Source: Octopus vulgaris
Taxonomy: Eukaryota
Direction of reading: 5' to 3'
Assembly (NCBI GenBank): GCA_951406725.2
Contig: OX597816.1
Location: 104,160,001-104,224,000 of the forward strand
DNA: 64,000 bases
Every line of letters begins with the position of its first letter. Positions within the stretch are counted from its first letter, which is position 1. The notes beneath the pieces were generated by a model, which made no database searches, was not told the origin of the DNA, and saw only the letters and a list, made by a program, of their open reading frames with translations. Below are positions 34,641 through 49,113 of this stretch, piece by piece. The translations under genes and the position numbers were made by a program.

Positions 34641-35305
34641 ACATCAACTACAAGAGGGTTTTTCTGTTTTCAAGGAAGCCAACGAATACAAAACAGAGGC
34701 TGAATGACAGATATTTATGACGGGAAAAGAAAGGCATGAGAAACCGTGAAAAGGTTAAATTCTAAGCTAATAATGTATCTGTATTTGAATATTCTGATAA
34801 ATCGGTGACAAGAAAAGCTATTACATGCCCAGTATCTCAAAAAGTTAAATAGGGTGGATATAGACAAAGGAAGTTACTACTTAGCTGCGGAGGTGCAGGG
34901 CTCAAAGGTAAGACTGAAAGCTTCTTAATTGCTTAGCGAGATCGCATCCCTCCCACCAGAAACCTCCAAAAGTATGTAATGAAACGGAATGCAGTAATAG
35001 CCGCCGAATACAAGGGTACGTGGAAGAAACAATTAACTGCAATATTTGTTTTTTTCGGTTTTAGCCGATAAAAACAAAACAATATTCCTAAAGGCATGAC
35101 AGAGCTGAGGTCAAACACACATTAGGAGTTATACCTGCGTTATTAAATACCAACAGAAAAGAGACAGTAAGGGTACCCTAACATTAAAACAACACAGTAA
35201 CAATATTGAGATCTTAATGTTGAGGATGGCAACGTTGATCAAAACATGAACAACAACCAGCACCATCATCATCACCACCACCAACACAACCACCACCACC
35301 ATCAC

Positions 35306-35340
<35 letters not shown>

Positions 35341-35640
35341 CCACCATCATCATCATCATCATCATCGTCAGCAGCAGCAGCAGCACCACCACCACCACCA
35401 ACAACAACAGCAGCAAGAGCAACGACAGCAGGAACAATAAGAATAGAATCAACAATAACAGCAACAACAACAACAAATCAAAACAAACGGCCTCAAAATT
35501 ATGGCTTTCCTTTTCCTTCGATCCTGATAAAATAGTTACAATGACAAGATACAGCTCAGTGGTTTAGGCGACTAACATATTGTATAATTGATGTTGTTTT
35601 TATTGGTTTATTTTGCTAGGTCTCCAATGGCAGTAGCTGT

Positions 35641-35672
<32 letters not shown>

Positions 35673-36309
35673 CGATAACAACAATATTAATAACTGAACT
35701 GAATAACAGAGAATTGACCAGGGTTCACTAAAAATAGAGACGCGGAAACGTAGGTCCCTGAAATAAACTAAAATGATTTCAATAACATCAACAAACCCAA
35801 GATCAAATAAAGAAAGAAAGAAAGGAAGAAAAAGAAAGAAAACCCCAAATTTTGCTGTAAGGAATCGGTAAATACAATTCATAGATATAATCTCTCATAC
35901 ATGTTAGCACAGAGAAAATACATTATTTAAATAACAGGACGAACAAAGAAGCAACGACATAGGAAACAAAACGAACCGACTTGAAGCCAACGTTATTGAT
36001 AAAAAGCAAACAGGAAAAAAAAAAAACAAGACAGATTAACTATGTTTTGTTTATAAATCAAACTGCCACAAATACCTACCGAGCCATCATGGAGGACTCT
36101 TATCGTGGCGAGAGTTTAATTCACGCTTGGTACGAAAGTAACACATTAATTCGCATGTGGTTCAGAAGCAATGTTCTTTCAGAAAAATTAACCTACAACA
36201 AAATGTTCGCCTCACACTGATAGCAACCGTTAAAATATATGAAATTAAAGAAGAACGATAGACTAATAAACAATATGTTGACGTTTTACATTATTCTTAC
36301 ACATTTGTA

Positions 36310-36700
36310 AGGTGGCGAGCTGGCAGGATCGTTACCGGAATGAGCAAAATGCTTAGCGGTGTTTCGTACAGCTTTAGCTTCTGAATTTAAGTTTCACCGA
36401 GATTGGCTTTGCCTTTCATCTTTGCGGAGTCGATGAAATAATTACCAGCTGAACACTGGGGTCGATGTAATCAACTAGCTCTCTTCTCCCCTAAATTTCA
36501 AGCCTTGTATATAGAGTACATAGATTTTAGGGTTCATATTTTTGGAAGGTCAGCAATTTCGTACAAGTGGGTAAGTCGGTTAAATCGACGCCTGTGAATT
36601 TATCGATCCAGAACGGAAGGAAAGCAAAGTCGACCTCGATAAAATTCGAATTCAACGTAAAGACGGACGAAATGCTGCTAAGCATTCTGCAAGCTCGCTA
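36310..36700. mobile_element. Two SINE family 1 copies tail-to-tail (36310-36520 plus; 36530-36700 minus)
   Basis: GGTGGCGAGCTGGCAGGATCG...GCCTTTCATCTTTGCGGAGTCGATG, and the reverse GGAAAGCAAAGTCGACCTCG...GCTAAGCATT. Confidence 0.75.
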
Positions 36701-37599
36701 TAAATTAATATAAAACGAATGAGTTATGGGTTTTGGGAATAAAAGAGCAAAAAAAAAAAGATACAAAGGTACGAGTAAAGAATATTAGGTGATTTGTAAC
36801 GTTTGTAACAAAATCACCAACATATAACGTCTAGAAAGTATACATACTGAAGCTAAAACAAAACCCAATCACTATACTCAGAGTAGATAAACTGATACAA
36901 ACCAATGAAAGTATATCAGTATGGAATCCATCATATACAAAATACTAAAAATATATAAAACAGCACAAGAGAAACAACTATACAAAAAAGAGGTGATCCC
37001 TCTAAATACATTGAAAATGCATCTCTATACATCCGCTTGCATGTTTGTATTCGTTTTTGTTTTTACTCTACAGAATTCATCGTATGTGAATCAAGCAAAC
37101 CATTGGAGCTGAATAAAAAACATACAAAAAAAGAAGCGCAAAGGAAAACGAACTAAAATTTAATATAATGTTGAAGATCATAGAAGTCCTTGATGGAAAT
37201 TTTCAACCAAGTACACAACCACAACAAACATATACCCTCGACGACCACATTTAACAAACAATAAAATCACACATCACAACAGATCAAAGAATTTTACATG
37301 GCGGATTTTACGGGAAGTATAAAGGCAATAGGAAAGAAAGATGGATCAATAGAAAGTCCTACTGAAGCTTCATACGAACAAGCCATTCCATGAAATAATT
37401 AACAGAGCTCAGCAAAAATTTCTGTCCACTAAAACAAACTACAAGAAGAGACTGAATAATTTGACCTATTTATTAGTAGTAATGGTATCGAAGGAAGATG
37501 GTCTTGATCTTAATAGTGTTCCTTCTCAGCCAAACCTGAGAAAAAATTGATAGAAAATATACTATATAAAACTGAAAAAGTAAAAATTATATACTTTGC

Positions 37600-39760
37600 G
37601 AAATCGACAAGAAAGGTTCATAAAAAATTATTAAAAATTATTATTAAAAGAAGAAGACTCTTTTAGACTAAATAAATCATAACCAGTTCTTATCAGCAAA
37701 AGCTCGCAGGAGAAAACAATTCGAAAAACATGGCGGTTCTTTTAGCTAAATATTTAAATGTTTCTATTTATGAAGCCATTAAAAATGTGAAAGATATTTA
37801 GATGCAAATGGTTTTACAATACATAGAATAAAAATATAAATATTTATATATAAATAAAATTATATGTATCTTTATATATAAACAAAAATATTTATATAAT
37901 ATAAATATAATATCAAAAAAATCATACGATAAATATAAACTAAAGAAAATTATAATGCAGGATGATATGCCAATATCAACGACAGTTCATTAAATATGTT
38001 GTAATGAATATGTCACCAAATATTCAACAGAATCAAACAACACAGTGGATCAAAAAGGAAAAGCATAAAGAAAATGCTGTAACACCTTAAATACGCCATA
38101 AATTGCAATGAATTAACACTTTAAAACCGAAAGTCAAATGGGAAGTCCCTGGAAATGAAAACGTATCCAGAGTTCTTCGTAGTAGATTTAATTAAGTGGG
38201 GAGCGGATCAGACTTTCAGTATCGAAAGGAAGAGGAAATCAACATCAACAACAACATCAACAACTACTACTACAACAACTAGAGCAAAACTACGAAAATA
38301 CCCCTGAGAAACAGGCCTATAGTGAGCTTACTAACACCTTACAAAGCTCGTAAAACTGGCAAACAGGTTTCTTGCTCACCTGGAAAGCAATAACATTTTA
38401 CTGGAGAAGCAGAAATGGTGCTGGAAAGGGATTTATGATTGCAAGGAGCTGCTACAGATGAAATTTCATAAAAGAAAGTAAAACAAGGAAAACAACTGTT
38501 AACTTCCAGGATTGTTTTCCGAAAAGCGTTTGACATTATTCTACACTCTTGAATCGTGGAAACATTCCATATATATTAAGCATCTCCGCTACTAATAAAA
38601 CACATCAAGTATATCATGTCAAAATGGAAAACAATTATATTACTACACAGCTAAGGGATGATTAGCACCAACTGTATACCTAAAAATGTTGGAATTAGGG
38701 CTTCAGGGGATCTCGTAAGTCATTCTATTTTTTTTGCTTGTCAGGACCACCTTACCAAATCTGTTGAATGAGAACCACTAACAGTTATAGGTGCTTCGCG
38801 CAAATTATTAATCACATCCTCTAAATGAATGATTTGAAGATTCTATGGAACCAAGGAAGTGTGCGAAAGCTATTATAGGATGAGGGAAATTAACTAAAAC
38901 TGTAAACATCAAATTAGATTCACATACTGAAATCAGAGAATTAGAGCAGAATCACAGCAGATACGAAAGTTACATACGAGTACTACTGTGGGGTCAGACT
39001 AATATTGGTTTCAAATGCTTGGCACAACGCCAGCAAGTTTGAGGGTGGGGGTAAGTCAGTTATATCGACCCCAATGATCAATTGGTACTTATTTTGTCGA
39101 CTCCGAAAAGGTGAAAGGCAAAGTCGACCGCGGTGGAATTTGAACTTAGAACATAAAGGAGAACGAATTGCTGCTAAGCATTTTACCCGGTATGATAACA
39201 GTTCTGCCAGCTCACCGCCTTAAGGGTTAAACTAATATTTAAAAATGGGAAATGAATACTAAAAATAAGATAACATACAATACCCGTGCCAGAAACAACT
39301 GTTCCAATAGGTGAATCGGAGAGCTGAGGCAGGAAAGAACTTCGAAACTCCTATCGGCGTTCTGAGGTCACCATCTTAAAACTTATATAACTGGAAAAGC
39401 CGATCTACATCAGCTTTAAGATGATAGGTCTTGATATATACAGAAAATTGCAATTACAAAATATCTGCAATGGAAATAGAAAAATAAAGAGAAACTGATT
39501 AGTGTTATAAGGGAATATATAAGTAAAAAAAGAACATTCTCTATAACGAAACAATAAAATACAGACTACACAGAAGATAAGATTTAGCTTAGGACAAAAG
39601 GTTTTATAAAAATCTAAGACAAAATCAAAACAGAAATTCTAAATGCAAGAAAGAAAAAAAAAACGGAGAGAAATGTACTACATGGCTAATAACTTGCAGA
39701 ACACGATAGAAAAGAAATAAGCTAGTGTGAAAGCCAACAAAGGATCAAAAGCTTTGGCCT
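37600..39760 (+). mobile_element. Degraded R4/Dong-like LINE reverse-transcriptase relic
   Basis: Near 38510 IVFRKAFDIILHS*IVETFHIY (WIDYxKAFDSVPHSWI-like); near 38700 a QGD/SPLLF-like remnant; near 38810 INHIL*MNDLKI (HLLYMDDLK-like). Boundaries approximate. Confidence 0.65.
39003..39220 (-). mobile_element. SINE family 1 nested in the R4/Dong relic
   Basis: GAAAGGCAAAGTCGACCGCGGTGGAATTTGAACT...TCTGCCAGCTCACCGCCT; tail type CTTGCTGGCGTTGTGCCAAG. Confidence 0.85.
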
Positions 39761-40208
39761 AAAAATAACTACGAAAGAGCTGATTTTACTTTCGTAGGAT
39801 CAATGCCTAACCACACACACACACACACAGACACACACACACACATCTGCAAACACGAACACACACACACACACTCTCGCGTTGCACATATACATTGATA
39901 CATACAAATAGGCATGCATGCATAGAGAAAGGAAAGAAATTTTAAAAACTGACCGAAAGAGAAACCGAAACCGACTTTGTTGTCATTCTTAATCACGTCT
40001 GTTATTTCTAGCAGGTCAAGTGCCAACGAATTTCAAAATACCTTTTTCTTCCCACTAACATTCATTTTACAACATTCTATCATCATTTCCATCACTTTAG
40101 CACAAACGCCTGGCATTCTCTACATGTGTGTATATGTATGTATCTTTCTGTCTCTCTATCTCACCCTTTATCTCTTTTTCTGCCTGCATACATACATACA
40201 TACATACA

Positions 40209-40291
<83 letters not shown>

Positions 40292-40420
40292 AATATAAGA
40301 GAGTGGTCACTATATTGATCACTCTAGTTAATCCAAAAGGTTTCAACACGAAAATACATGTTTATGAAAGCCATACGACTGTTATCACACGGACAGGGCA
40401 AATAAAAAATAACAAAAATA

Positions 40421-40509
40421 CAGATTATTTTGGGACAATTGTTTCGCTATTAATGAATTAAATTAATACTTACAATAATCCATTTGTAGCTCGTCAGCAA
40501 GACAATCTG
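40421..40509 (-). ncRNA. Type I hammerhead ribozyme motif (probable 1-nt deletion in stem I)
   Basis: Minus strand: CAGAUUGUCUUG-CUGACGA-GCUA[37 nt]UAGC-GAAA-C-AAUU-G-UC-CCAAAAUAAUCUG. Confidence 0.78.
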
Positions 40510-40906
40510 GATGAAATCCACAATCACACGCCAGATTTTACCATAACGATAAATACGCGTGTGGTTCAATTGATTACATCCGACGTTATAATTCAAATGC
40601 CCCAACCAACAGCGCGCCAAATCACGGAAAACAAATACAGCATTTAGAAATAAATGCAGCATAATTAATTAATTATAAGGGTAAATTAGATACTATTAAT
40701 ATATATTTATTCCAAGTTGTAAAAACCTGGATTATATAATATTTTATAACATATATAATATTTCAAAAATAAATATAAGAGAGTGGTCACTATATTGATC
40801 ACTTAGCACCATAATCAAGTAACAATATGTTTCATGAAAGAGTAGATAGTATAAAAAATAACAAAAATACAGATTATTTTGGGACAATTGTTTCGCTATT
40901 AATGAA

Positions 40907-40952
40907 TTGGCTGACGAGCTACAAATGGATTAAAGCGAAACAATTGTCCCAA
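40907..40952 (+). ncRNA. Type I hammerhead ribozyme motif (compact, in the inverted arm)
   Basis: UUGG-CUGACGA-GCU-ACAAAUGGAUUAA-AGC-GAAA-C-AAUU-G-UC-CCAA; canonical core, predicted cut after 40948. Confidence 0.82.
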
Positions 40953-41122
40953 AATAATCTGTATTTTTGTTATTTTTTCTGTCCTGTGAAAAAAACACAG
41001 TGACAACTTATATTTATTTTTGAAATATTATAATATGCGGGGACTGTGTGGAATAAAATACTATTAAATTAGTATCTATTCATTATTATTAATTATATAT
41101 ATATATATATATATATCTATAT

Positions 41123-41304
41123 AAAGTTAATCCAAACAAGAACGGGGAAATATAGTATTACTGGACGTTCAGGAAAGAAGGAAAGAAGGAGGGTTTAACG
41201 TTTCGAGCGGAGCTCTTCGTCGGAAACATAGGAGAAGGAAAGATCCAGAGAAGGGAAGACAGAGGATAAAAAATCGCCAACGGTACACACGAGGTCATAT
41301 TTTG

Positions 41305-41308
<4 letters not shown>
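41123..41308 (-). mobile_element. Short Penelope-type terminal fragment C in (TA)n
   Basis: ~185-bp unique insert between (TA)n runs containing a minimal hammerhead. Confidence 0.6.
41193..41227 (-). ncRNA. Minimal hammerhead variant
   Basis: Minus strand: GUUU-CCGACGA-A-GAGC-UCC-GCUC-GAAAC-GUU-AAAC; stem III reduced to the palindrome AACGUU. Confidence 0.7.
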
Positions 41309-41356
<48 letters not shown>

Positions 41357-41983
41357 GAGATAAATCTATATTTCTGTTTTTATATATGTGCGTGTGTATA
41401 TGTATGTGTATATGTATATATACTCGTAGGTAGGCACATACGTATTCGAGCACATAGTAAATATACTGTAATGTGAATTTCAACCGTTATGGACGCAACC
41501 AGCGTTTAAAAATGCGCACTCTACAGGGTTATTCCACGTGTTAAAAATAGCCATATTTTTCCTCAGAATACAAAGGAAGATTTGAGAATATAACCCTGAA
41601 TGTGCTATATCTGAAAGAGAGGCAACATGTTATCAGTAGAACGTCTTCGACGATAGATTTTTCTCTGCTAAGACTGTCCTCAGGCAGAAAAAGCAGCAAT
41701 GTACTGTGTTTCGAATTCAGGTTGCCTTGACTACAACTCTGTTTCATGCAATTTATACAAAATGTATATGGTGAAAGAACCTACTTAAATTAGGTTCCAG
41801 AAAGGTCTTGAGGCGGCACTTGGCTTACTACTTAATGTATTCAACTGGTAGTCATAAAGTGAGTTAAGTTGGGTTCCAAATGTTATAAAGTTGCTCTTTC
41901 AAAATCGGCGACAGGAAATTCTTCTCTAAAGCATCAGTGCACAAATTCTAATAAGTTCACTAGGAAAAAGAATCTTTGAACTA

Positions 41984-42385
41984 CCGTATATACTCGGCTA
42001 TTAAGTCTCACTTTTTTCCCTGAAATTTTCATCTAAAGTTGAGGGTGTGACTTATAAGCGCATCCTATAAAAAAGTCATCCGATATTTTCTAGGTACAAG
42101 CCACATCAGAAGTTCTGACACATGGAATATTTGGAAAAAAAAAACAAAAAAAAAAACGGAATCTCTAATTCCGAAGCCGAGATGTACATGGAAGGCGATC
42201 TTAAGAAATATCTTTATATATTTCTTTACTTCTGTTAGTATGAAATAATAAATTTTAAAAAAGTGCGTTCAATATTTGTTTGTTTTTGTACTGTATCTAC
42301 CTTTCTTTAATTCGACGCCATGTTATTTGTTAACATGAAGAGAAAGAGGAATGCGTACGATATCACTTTCAAACTAATAACCACA
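41984..42385 (+). mobile_element. pogo/Tc2-like transposon 5' fragment
   Basis: TA-CCGTATATACTCGG terminus, subterminal GTGACTTATA motif, ATG at 42335 giving MKRKRNAYDITFKL (BrkDBD-like start). Confidence 0.6.
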
Positions 42386-43894
42386 CTGCTGTCTTATAAC
42401 ACTATAAATTATAAAGTTTACCATTTCAGTTAATGTTTCATAACTTTATCCGACGATGAAGTCTTTACGTAATAGCTTAGCCTGCTAGAAATAGCTGCCA
42501 CATTTCTTGTAAATCAAACTCAACAGTCTAAAAAGGTGACAAATTAGTGTAATCGTTAGAACGTCAAACAGAATACTTCGCGGTATTTATACCGTCTCTT
42601 TGCGTTCTGAATTAAAATATCACGAAGGTAAACTTTGCCGTTCGTCCTTTCGAGACGGATAAAAAGGTGCCGATCTAAGTCATTGGATTGCTGAGATTGT
42701 AAGACTGTCGAACCGGATGCATAGCAATATTCGTTCCGGCTCTTCACGTTCTAAGTTCAGATTCCATAGTCTTCTTAGGTGATACGCTTAATCCGTCACC
42801 TGGTTTAATTCCATCAACTGATACCTTAGGTATCTTTCGCGGAGTCCATTCTGTTGCAAGGACTCGGGCAAGACTACCAGTTTCAAGATAATCCTCTCCC
42901 TCACTCTAACAAGTCTCGGTTCTTGTACTGCCTTCCTTTTTGACAAACAGATTAAGAAAGGGTACATTAGTTATATAGTGGTTGATAAAATGACGGGTGG
43001 TTTATTATTGGGATAGCTTAAGTCTAAATAACAACAGCTTTATATTATTCATATCAAGAAGGCATATTTCATTTCATCTGTCTCTAGGGCTATATGTCAT
43101 TAAAAACAACCACTCTTTAGACCATCTCTTCTGCGTTTTTGCATGTGATGATATTGAATTGTACCAGGCCACGATTCATTTGAAATGATTAATGCAATAC
43201 TTGTCAGTGACTTTTGTTTCACGTCCCTGTAAAAAAAAAAGAACAAAATAAATGGGGGGTGGGGATGAGGTTATGTGTGACTGAGGGATAGACGATTTAA
43301 ATAGAATAGAACATCAGTGAGAAAAAGAGAGTGAGGAGTGTGGGTGAGAAAGAATCGAGTTAAAACAGATATATAAGATTCTTGTGTTTATAAGAATCGA
43401 AGTAAATTCCCCAGCGTTGCTGAGAAATCATGGAGTAAAAATGTCAGGAGAAAATATAACAGAAAGAAGGAAATATGCTTTTGCAACACTAGATTCAGGT
43501 TAGCAGACTAAAGCAGCTATTTCCGATCAATGGCTTACAAACGTTTTGAAGCTCAAATAAATAATAGCATATAAACAGAACAAAAGAAAAACACAGAAAC
43601 ATATTTTAAAGCTTAGAGAGGCCTTAAATATTTTATAAAGAGGACATGCACAAAATGTATCTACATGTATGGACATATTTATGTAGAAATACGAAAATGT
43701 AAATAGGATTTTTATTTAGAAAATATGCTTTTTATTCAGTTTATATGCTTATTTGTCTGTTTTTACCATACATAAAATTACAGACATACAGACACACACA
43801 CGATTGAATATAAGTATATATGTATGTGTATATACATACATATAAGTATAATATAAGTATATATGTATGTGTATATACATACATATATATATAT

Positions 43895-43957
<63 letters not shown>

Positions 43958-43973
43958 TCACATATACACGTAC

Positions 43974-44020
<47 letters not shown>

Positions 44021-44077
44021 AATATATACACGTACACATATGTATATATATATACACACACATAAATATATACACGT

Positions 44078-44140
<63 letters not shown>

Positions 44141-44480
44141 TATTTCTTATTTTGTAAATTCCGATCCACTTGTGTGAAGTGGCTGGCAGTTCTGAATGTT
44201 AGAAGTCTCATAGCAGATGTTCTGTCTCGAACTAATGTCTTTAACTCTGTAAACACAATCAAATCTGATATGCGAATTAGATTAGATACATACGCACACG
44301 AATATATGTATACACACATGCATATGAACATGCGTATATAGATATATGAACATGCATATGTGTGCACTTACATACACACACGCAGGTTTATGCTTATTAG
44401 ACTGTATACGTGTATACATACATACATACATACATAGATATATACATACATACATACATACACACATACATGTGTGAGTG

Positions 44481-44513
<33 letters not shown>

Positions 44514-44637
44514 TCTATATACATATAACACAAATATACACATATATATGCATACATATATATGCATATATATATATACACATATATATATGTGTGTGCA
44601 TACAATATATATATATGCATATATATATAAATATATA

Positions 44638-44679
<42 letters not shown>

Positions 44680-47089
44680 CATACACACATACATACACAC
44701 ACATATATATATATACATATCTATGTAGTATATACATACACATATATTTTTTGGCCGACATATTTTCTGATACGTAAACGCGTGTGAGTGTGTGTGTGCG
44801 TGATTGCCTGTGTATGCTTATACATACATGATTAGAAAAAAATTACGTCCATGATAGAAAAAGGGAAGTACGTAGAAGAAAAGATGGAAGGTTAAATAAA
44901 CAAACAAAAAAAAGCATGTAAATAGATCTTCTAACAACGAAATATGTGTGTGCATGTGTATGTGTGTGCCTGTAAGTATGTGTGTTTTTGTGTACGCGCG
45001 AGTGTTTTTGTGTACGCGCGTGTGTTTGTTTGTTTGTGTGTGTGTGTTCTGTATTCCTATGTACATTTGTTTACAGAAACATACATAAATGCAGATACTG
45101 GTAACCTAGCTTGTTTTCTGAAGTATTTACCATTTCAAATCTTTAGCTATCTATGACTGTTTCCCAGACTACCGAGAATCCTAAAACAATCGATAATGTC
45201 CAAGAAGAGATTAGAACGTATAATGTTTGAACTGTGTTACTTGAATTGTGTCCTTTAATTAAATCTAATAAAAGCATCTTTGTTGTTATTAAAAACTGCA
45301 GATACTGAATACAAAGGGATTGTTTTCAGTAGTAAGTTCCAGTTGCAGAGAGCTTTTATTGTGATTCTTATTTTAGTTTATTTTTTTCAAACCAATAGTA
45401 CAGTGTCACTGGTTCCTTTTATTTGAGATTCAATATTACTCTCTGGAAGAGAAATGTAGTCGTGTCAGTCGGAATAAAAGTGATTGGCAATGAACTGGCA
45501 TGTGATAGAATAATATTCATATATCAAAATCAGTTGGTTTGAGCATGACTCGACATCTTAGATCTGGATCGTGTTGTTTCCCATTCTACACACTTAGAAT
45601 CTTTGATATCCAGATCAGTTGCTTGATTCTTACTGTCTACTTTTATTTATCATCTGATGCTCTTATAAAACCAGTGAATATCTTCATTATATTGGAAATG
45701 ACCTTCCTTGTGTTTTTTCCTTAATACTTCTGACAATACTTTCAAAAGCTGTGTAACCTTCTATGTTTTATCAATATATGTTTTGCGACTTATTATTAAG
45801 ATAGTAAGTAAATTAATTCGGTTCAGCGTTTTCCCTACCATTTGCTATAAATTTGATGTCGTCAAAGAAAAGCTGGTTTCTTATGTTCGTTTATTAAACC
45901 GTTATTCAAACTTGCTGAAATTATTTATAAAGTTATTATTGTAAGTTTTGTCTTGACTTTCATAACACCAGTATAGCAGAGTTTACGACAAATTTCACAG
46001 CAGTAAAAGTATATATTAAAACAACATGAATCAATAAATGCATAATACCTAATCGTCAGAAAAAACCTAATATTTTACTATTTTCTAACCGAAGGAACAG
46101 ATGACAAGAAATTAGCTGAGGAAAACAGCTGACTGGAATTAAATAAATCCATTGTGTAGACACAGCATTTTCAGACTTTGATGACTGAAAAATGTTTCAA
46201 TACATTGTGAAAGAAGAGATTAGAGGAGATCTTAATCTTTATGTTGAGACTTCACAACAGCGACAGACGTTCATGAGAGAAAAACGATAAAAATTGTAAG
46301 TATTCTGATTTGTCTGAGAAGATTGTACACGGAAGAAATATATAAAAAAATGACAGATTATGTTCACTAATATTTCATAGCAGGCTAGAAACATTGCTTT
46401 ACTCTGATGCTAGGGATACGAAGTCATTCATTTATAGAGCATTATTTTGAATAATATCAATAAGTTCTCTCGGTTCTTAACAATTAGCCGCCAATAATAT
46501 TTTCCTATTTTTGGCCATTATTCTTTATCTCAATTGTATTTATTAACTACGAATCAAACAATCCTCAGAACAACAATCATTAACTAAATACTGACTTATT
46601 GTTAAGCATAAAGTTATTATTGAAGGTAAGACTGCTTGACGTTCATGCATTTCTTGAGGGTATAAGTCATTGTAGCTATAAGAATTACCTGAACTTGGAA
46701 TCGAAACTGTATTGCAGATTTGGATCACTGAGAAATTAGAGCAGTTATTTTTGCCTATGACAAAACTTGATACATGGAAAAAGGTAGCACATTGGTATAA
46801 TCATCGTCTACCATAGATTCAGATTAACCAATGCTTGTGAATGGAATTTGACTGACGGAAATAGTGCGTAAGCCCATGATTATATGCACATATTACATAT
46901 GCTATGAGATGATTTCATAACTACACGTGTCGTGACTTTAATGTTCGATGGAAATGGATGCGCAGCTGATAATCTCTTGTAGCCAGCTTAATAAGTCTTC
47001 AAATAGATTTCATGCTATCTACTCGTGTTCAGTTGTTATACGGTGTTTTGTAATGCGGTCTTCCAACAGCTGAGCAAATTTTACTATGA

Positions 47090-47600
47090 TTGATGACTGC
47101 GAATAACATGCATCCATCAAATTCAGCATAGTGCTCAGTAAATCTGTTGGTGGGATCCTTGAAACTTTTACATGAAACTACTTGTTAAATATTCTTGCGG
47201 CCAAACTCCACACAAGATTTTGTGAGGCGTACGCTGTTGGACAACGTTCAAGTGTAGGTTTAATAGATAAACGTTTAGAGTAGATAATAAGCGGAACACC
47301 AGAAAATATAGAAATAGGTTGTGGACACCACCACGATGATCGTTGTTGCACATTACCTCAGTTATCCCATGACTGGAACCACTTTTGGAGATTGAGAAAT
47401 TTTCATGAAAAATCTGATCATGCATCGCATCGCTGCAAAGTCTATCAAAAGGAGCGTCGTCTGAAGTCTGCCTTGATCTTCGTGAGAAGATTAACGGCAA
47501 CCCAAATTTTCTTCTTTAAGATTAAATGGAATCGCCAGCAGCATTGAGTGGCTTTCAGGAAAAGGGCTTCCGAGGTGCCTTTGGTGCATGTAAATCACTC
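47090..47600 (+). mobile_element. Old mariner transposase relic
   Basis: E*HASIKFSIVLSKS (EQRxxIKFCxxLGKS-like), LIMHRIAAK, QKERR and VCLDLREKINGNPNFL across frameshifts. Confidence 0.65.
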
Positions 47601-47784
47601 TGAGATCGCTTTAAACGTCACCAATGGTACTATTTCAGAGGTAATGGTGTCCGAATATAAACAATACTTAAGGTACATATATAGATGCACAAACATTCAT
47701 GGATGCAGGAATAGATATCATTGCATATGATGATCTTATTGCATGTCAAACCACTCGAATACTTTTAACATCTTGACAGTGTGC

Positions 47785-47950
47785 CGAGCAAGATGCTAAG
47801 CGGCATTTCGTTCGTCTTTAAGATCTGAGTTCAAATGCCTTTCATCCCTTTCGGAGTCGGTAAATACCTGTTGAACACTGAGGTCGAAGTAATCGACTTA
47901 CATCCTCCTCCGAAATTGCTGGCCTTGTGCCAAAATTTGAAATCAATATT
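47785..47950 (+). mobile_element. SINE family 1, degraded
   Basis: GCTAAGCGGCATTTCG...GAGTTCAAAT...GCCTTTCATCC...AAATTGCTGGCCTTGTGCCAAAATTTGAAA. Confidence 0.8.
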
Positions 47951-48942
47951 TTGACAGTACTTTTGATAGCTTGTTGCCGTTATCGTTTGATTAGGTGTGA
48001 TCTTTATGCATTATGGATCTATGTGTGAATACGTCTGCGTTTGCGCTCGTGTATATCAGCATAAACATGTTGCCGTGTTTATGTCGTAAAAGCGATAAAA
48101 CTCTCAGAATGGTCTCTAACTCGGTGAAATTGAGTGTCTATTCAAAAAGTAAATAAACATCGAAAACGTGGGCACAAGGATAATTACTAGCCACGATATG
48201 ATTTACTTAAACCCTTGAAGATAGTGTCTCAGTATAGCCAGTGTCCAATAACGTATCAAACAGAATAGTACCTTCCTTTCCCCAACTAGGCTCAAAACCC
48301 TATATATAAGCAATGGTAGAATCTCGCTTTTGGAGTGACATTCAAGCTCCATGTATTCTGAAAAGCATGAATGCTGAAAATGAACAGCCTCCAAGCGAGA
48401 ATTTGAAACCGAATAAAGGTTTAGCCCACGATGATATAATTAATTGCTCTCTGGCTTTCACAATAATATTTTAACTGATGTTATTAACACCTGACATATA
48501 AAAGTCATCACATTATACATAACCAGATGATTCATCCGCAAAAGAATATGGAAATGAGGACTTGCTTTAATATCTATGATTCGGTAATAACTTAAATATC
48601 TTACTAATTAAGCTACTGTAAAATTTTGATTAAATGTTAAGTTGCAGAGTCTCTTGCATTTTATTTGTGTTAAATCTGAAGTAAATGTTATTTACGTGAA
48701 GGAACTTCACTAATTGCCGTGAAGGTATTTAACTAATTCATAGGATATTGTTGCCAATTAAACTTCTGCCTAATTCTTGCTAGAACCCCACTCTAAGCAT
48801 TTCTCAACTTCTCAAAATTCTTGAAACAAGGTTTCGAATCTGTTTTTCTATAGATCCGACCGAAAAGCATTCAAATTAAGATGGTACATTAAAAAAGAAT
48901 ATAAAATATGAAATTTTGAACTTTTCAAATAGGTAAGATGCA

Positions 48943-49113
<171 letters not shown>

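Larger units (their letters stand above)
40286..41095 (-). mobile_element. Penelope pseudo-LTR / retrozyme-like non-coding element B in (TA)n
   Basis: 480-bp unit (40286-40765), partial direct repeat (40766-40908), then an inverted segment (40909-41095). Hammerhead motifs on both strands. Confidence 0.75.
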
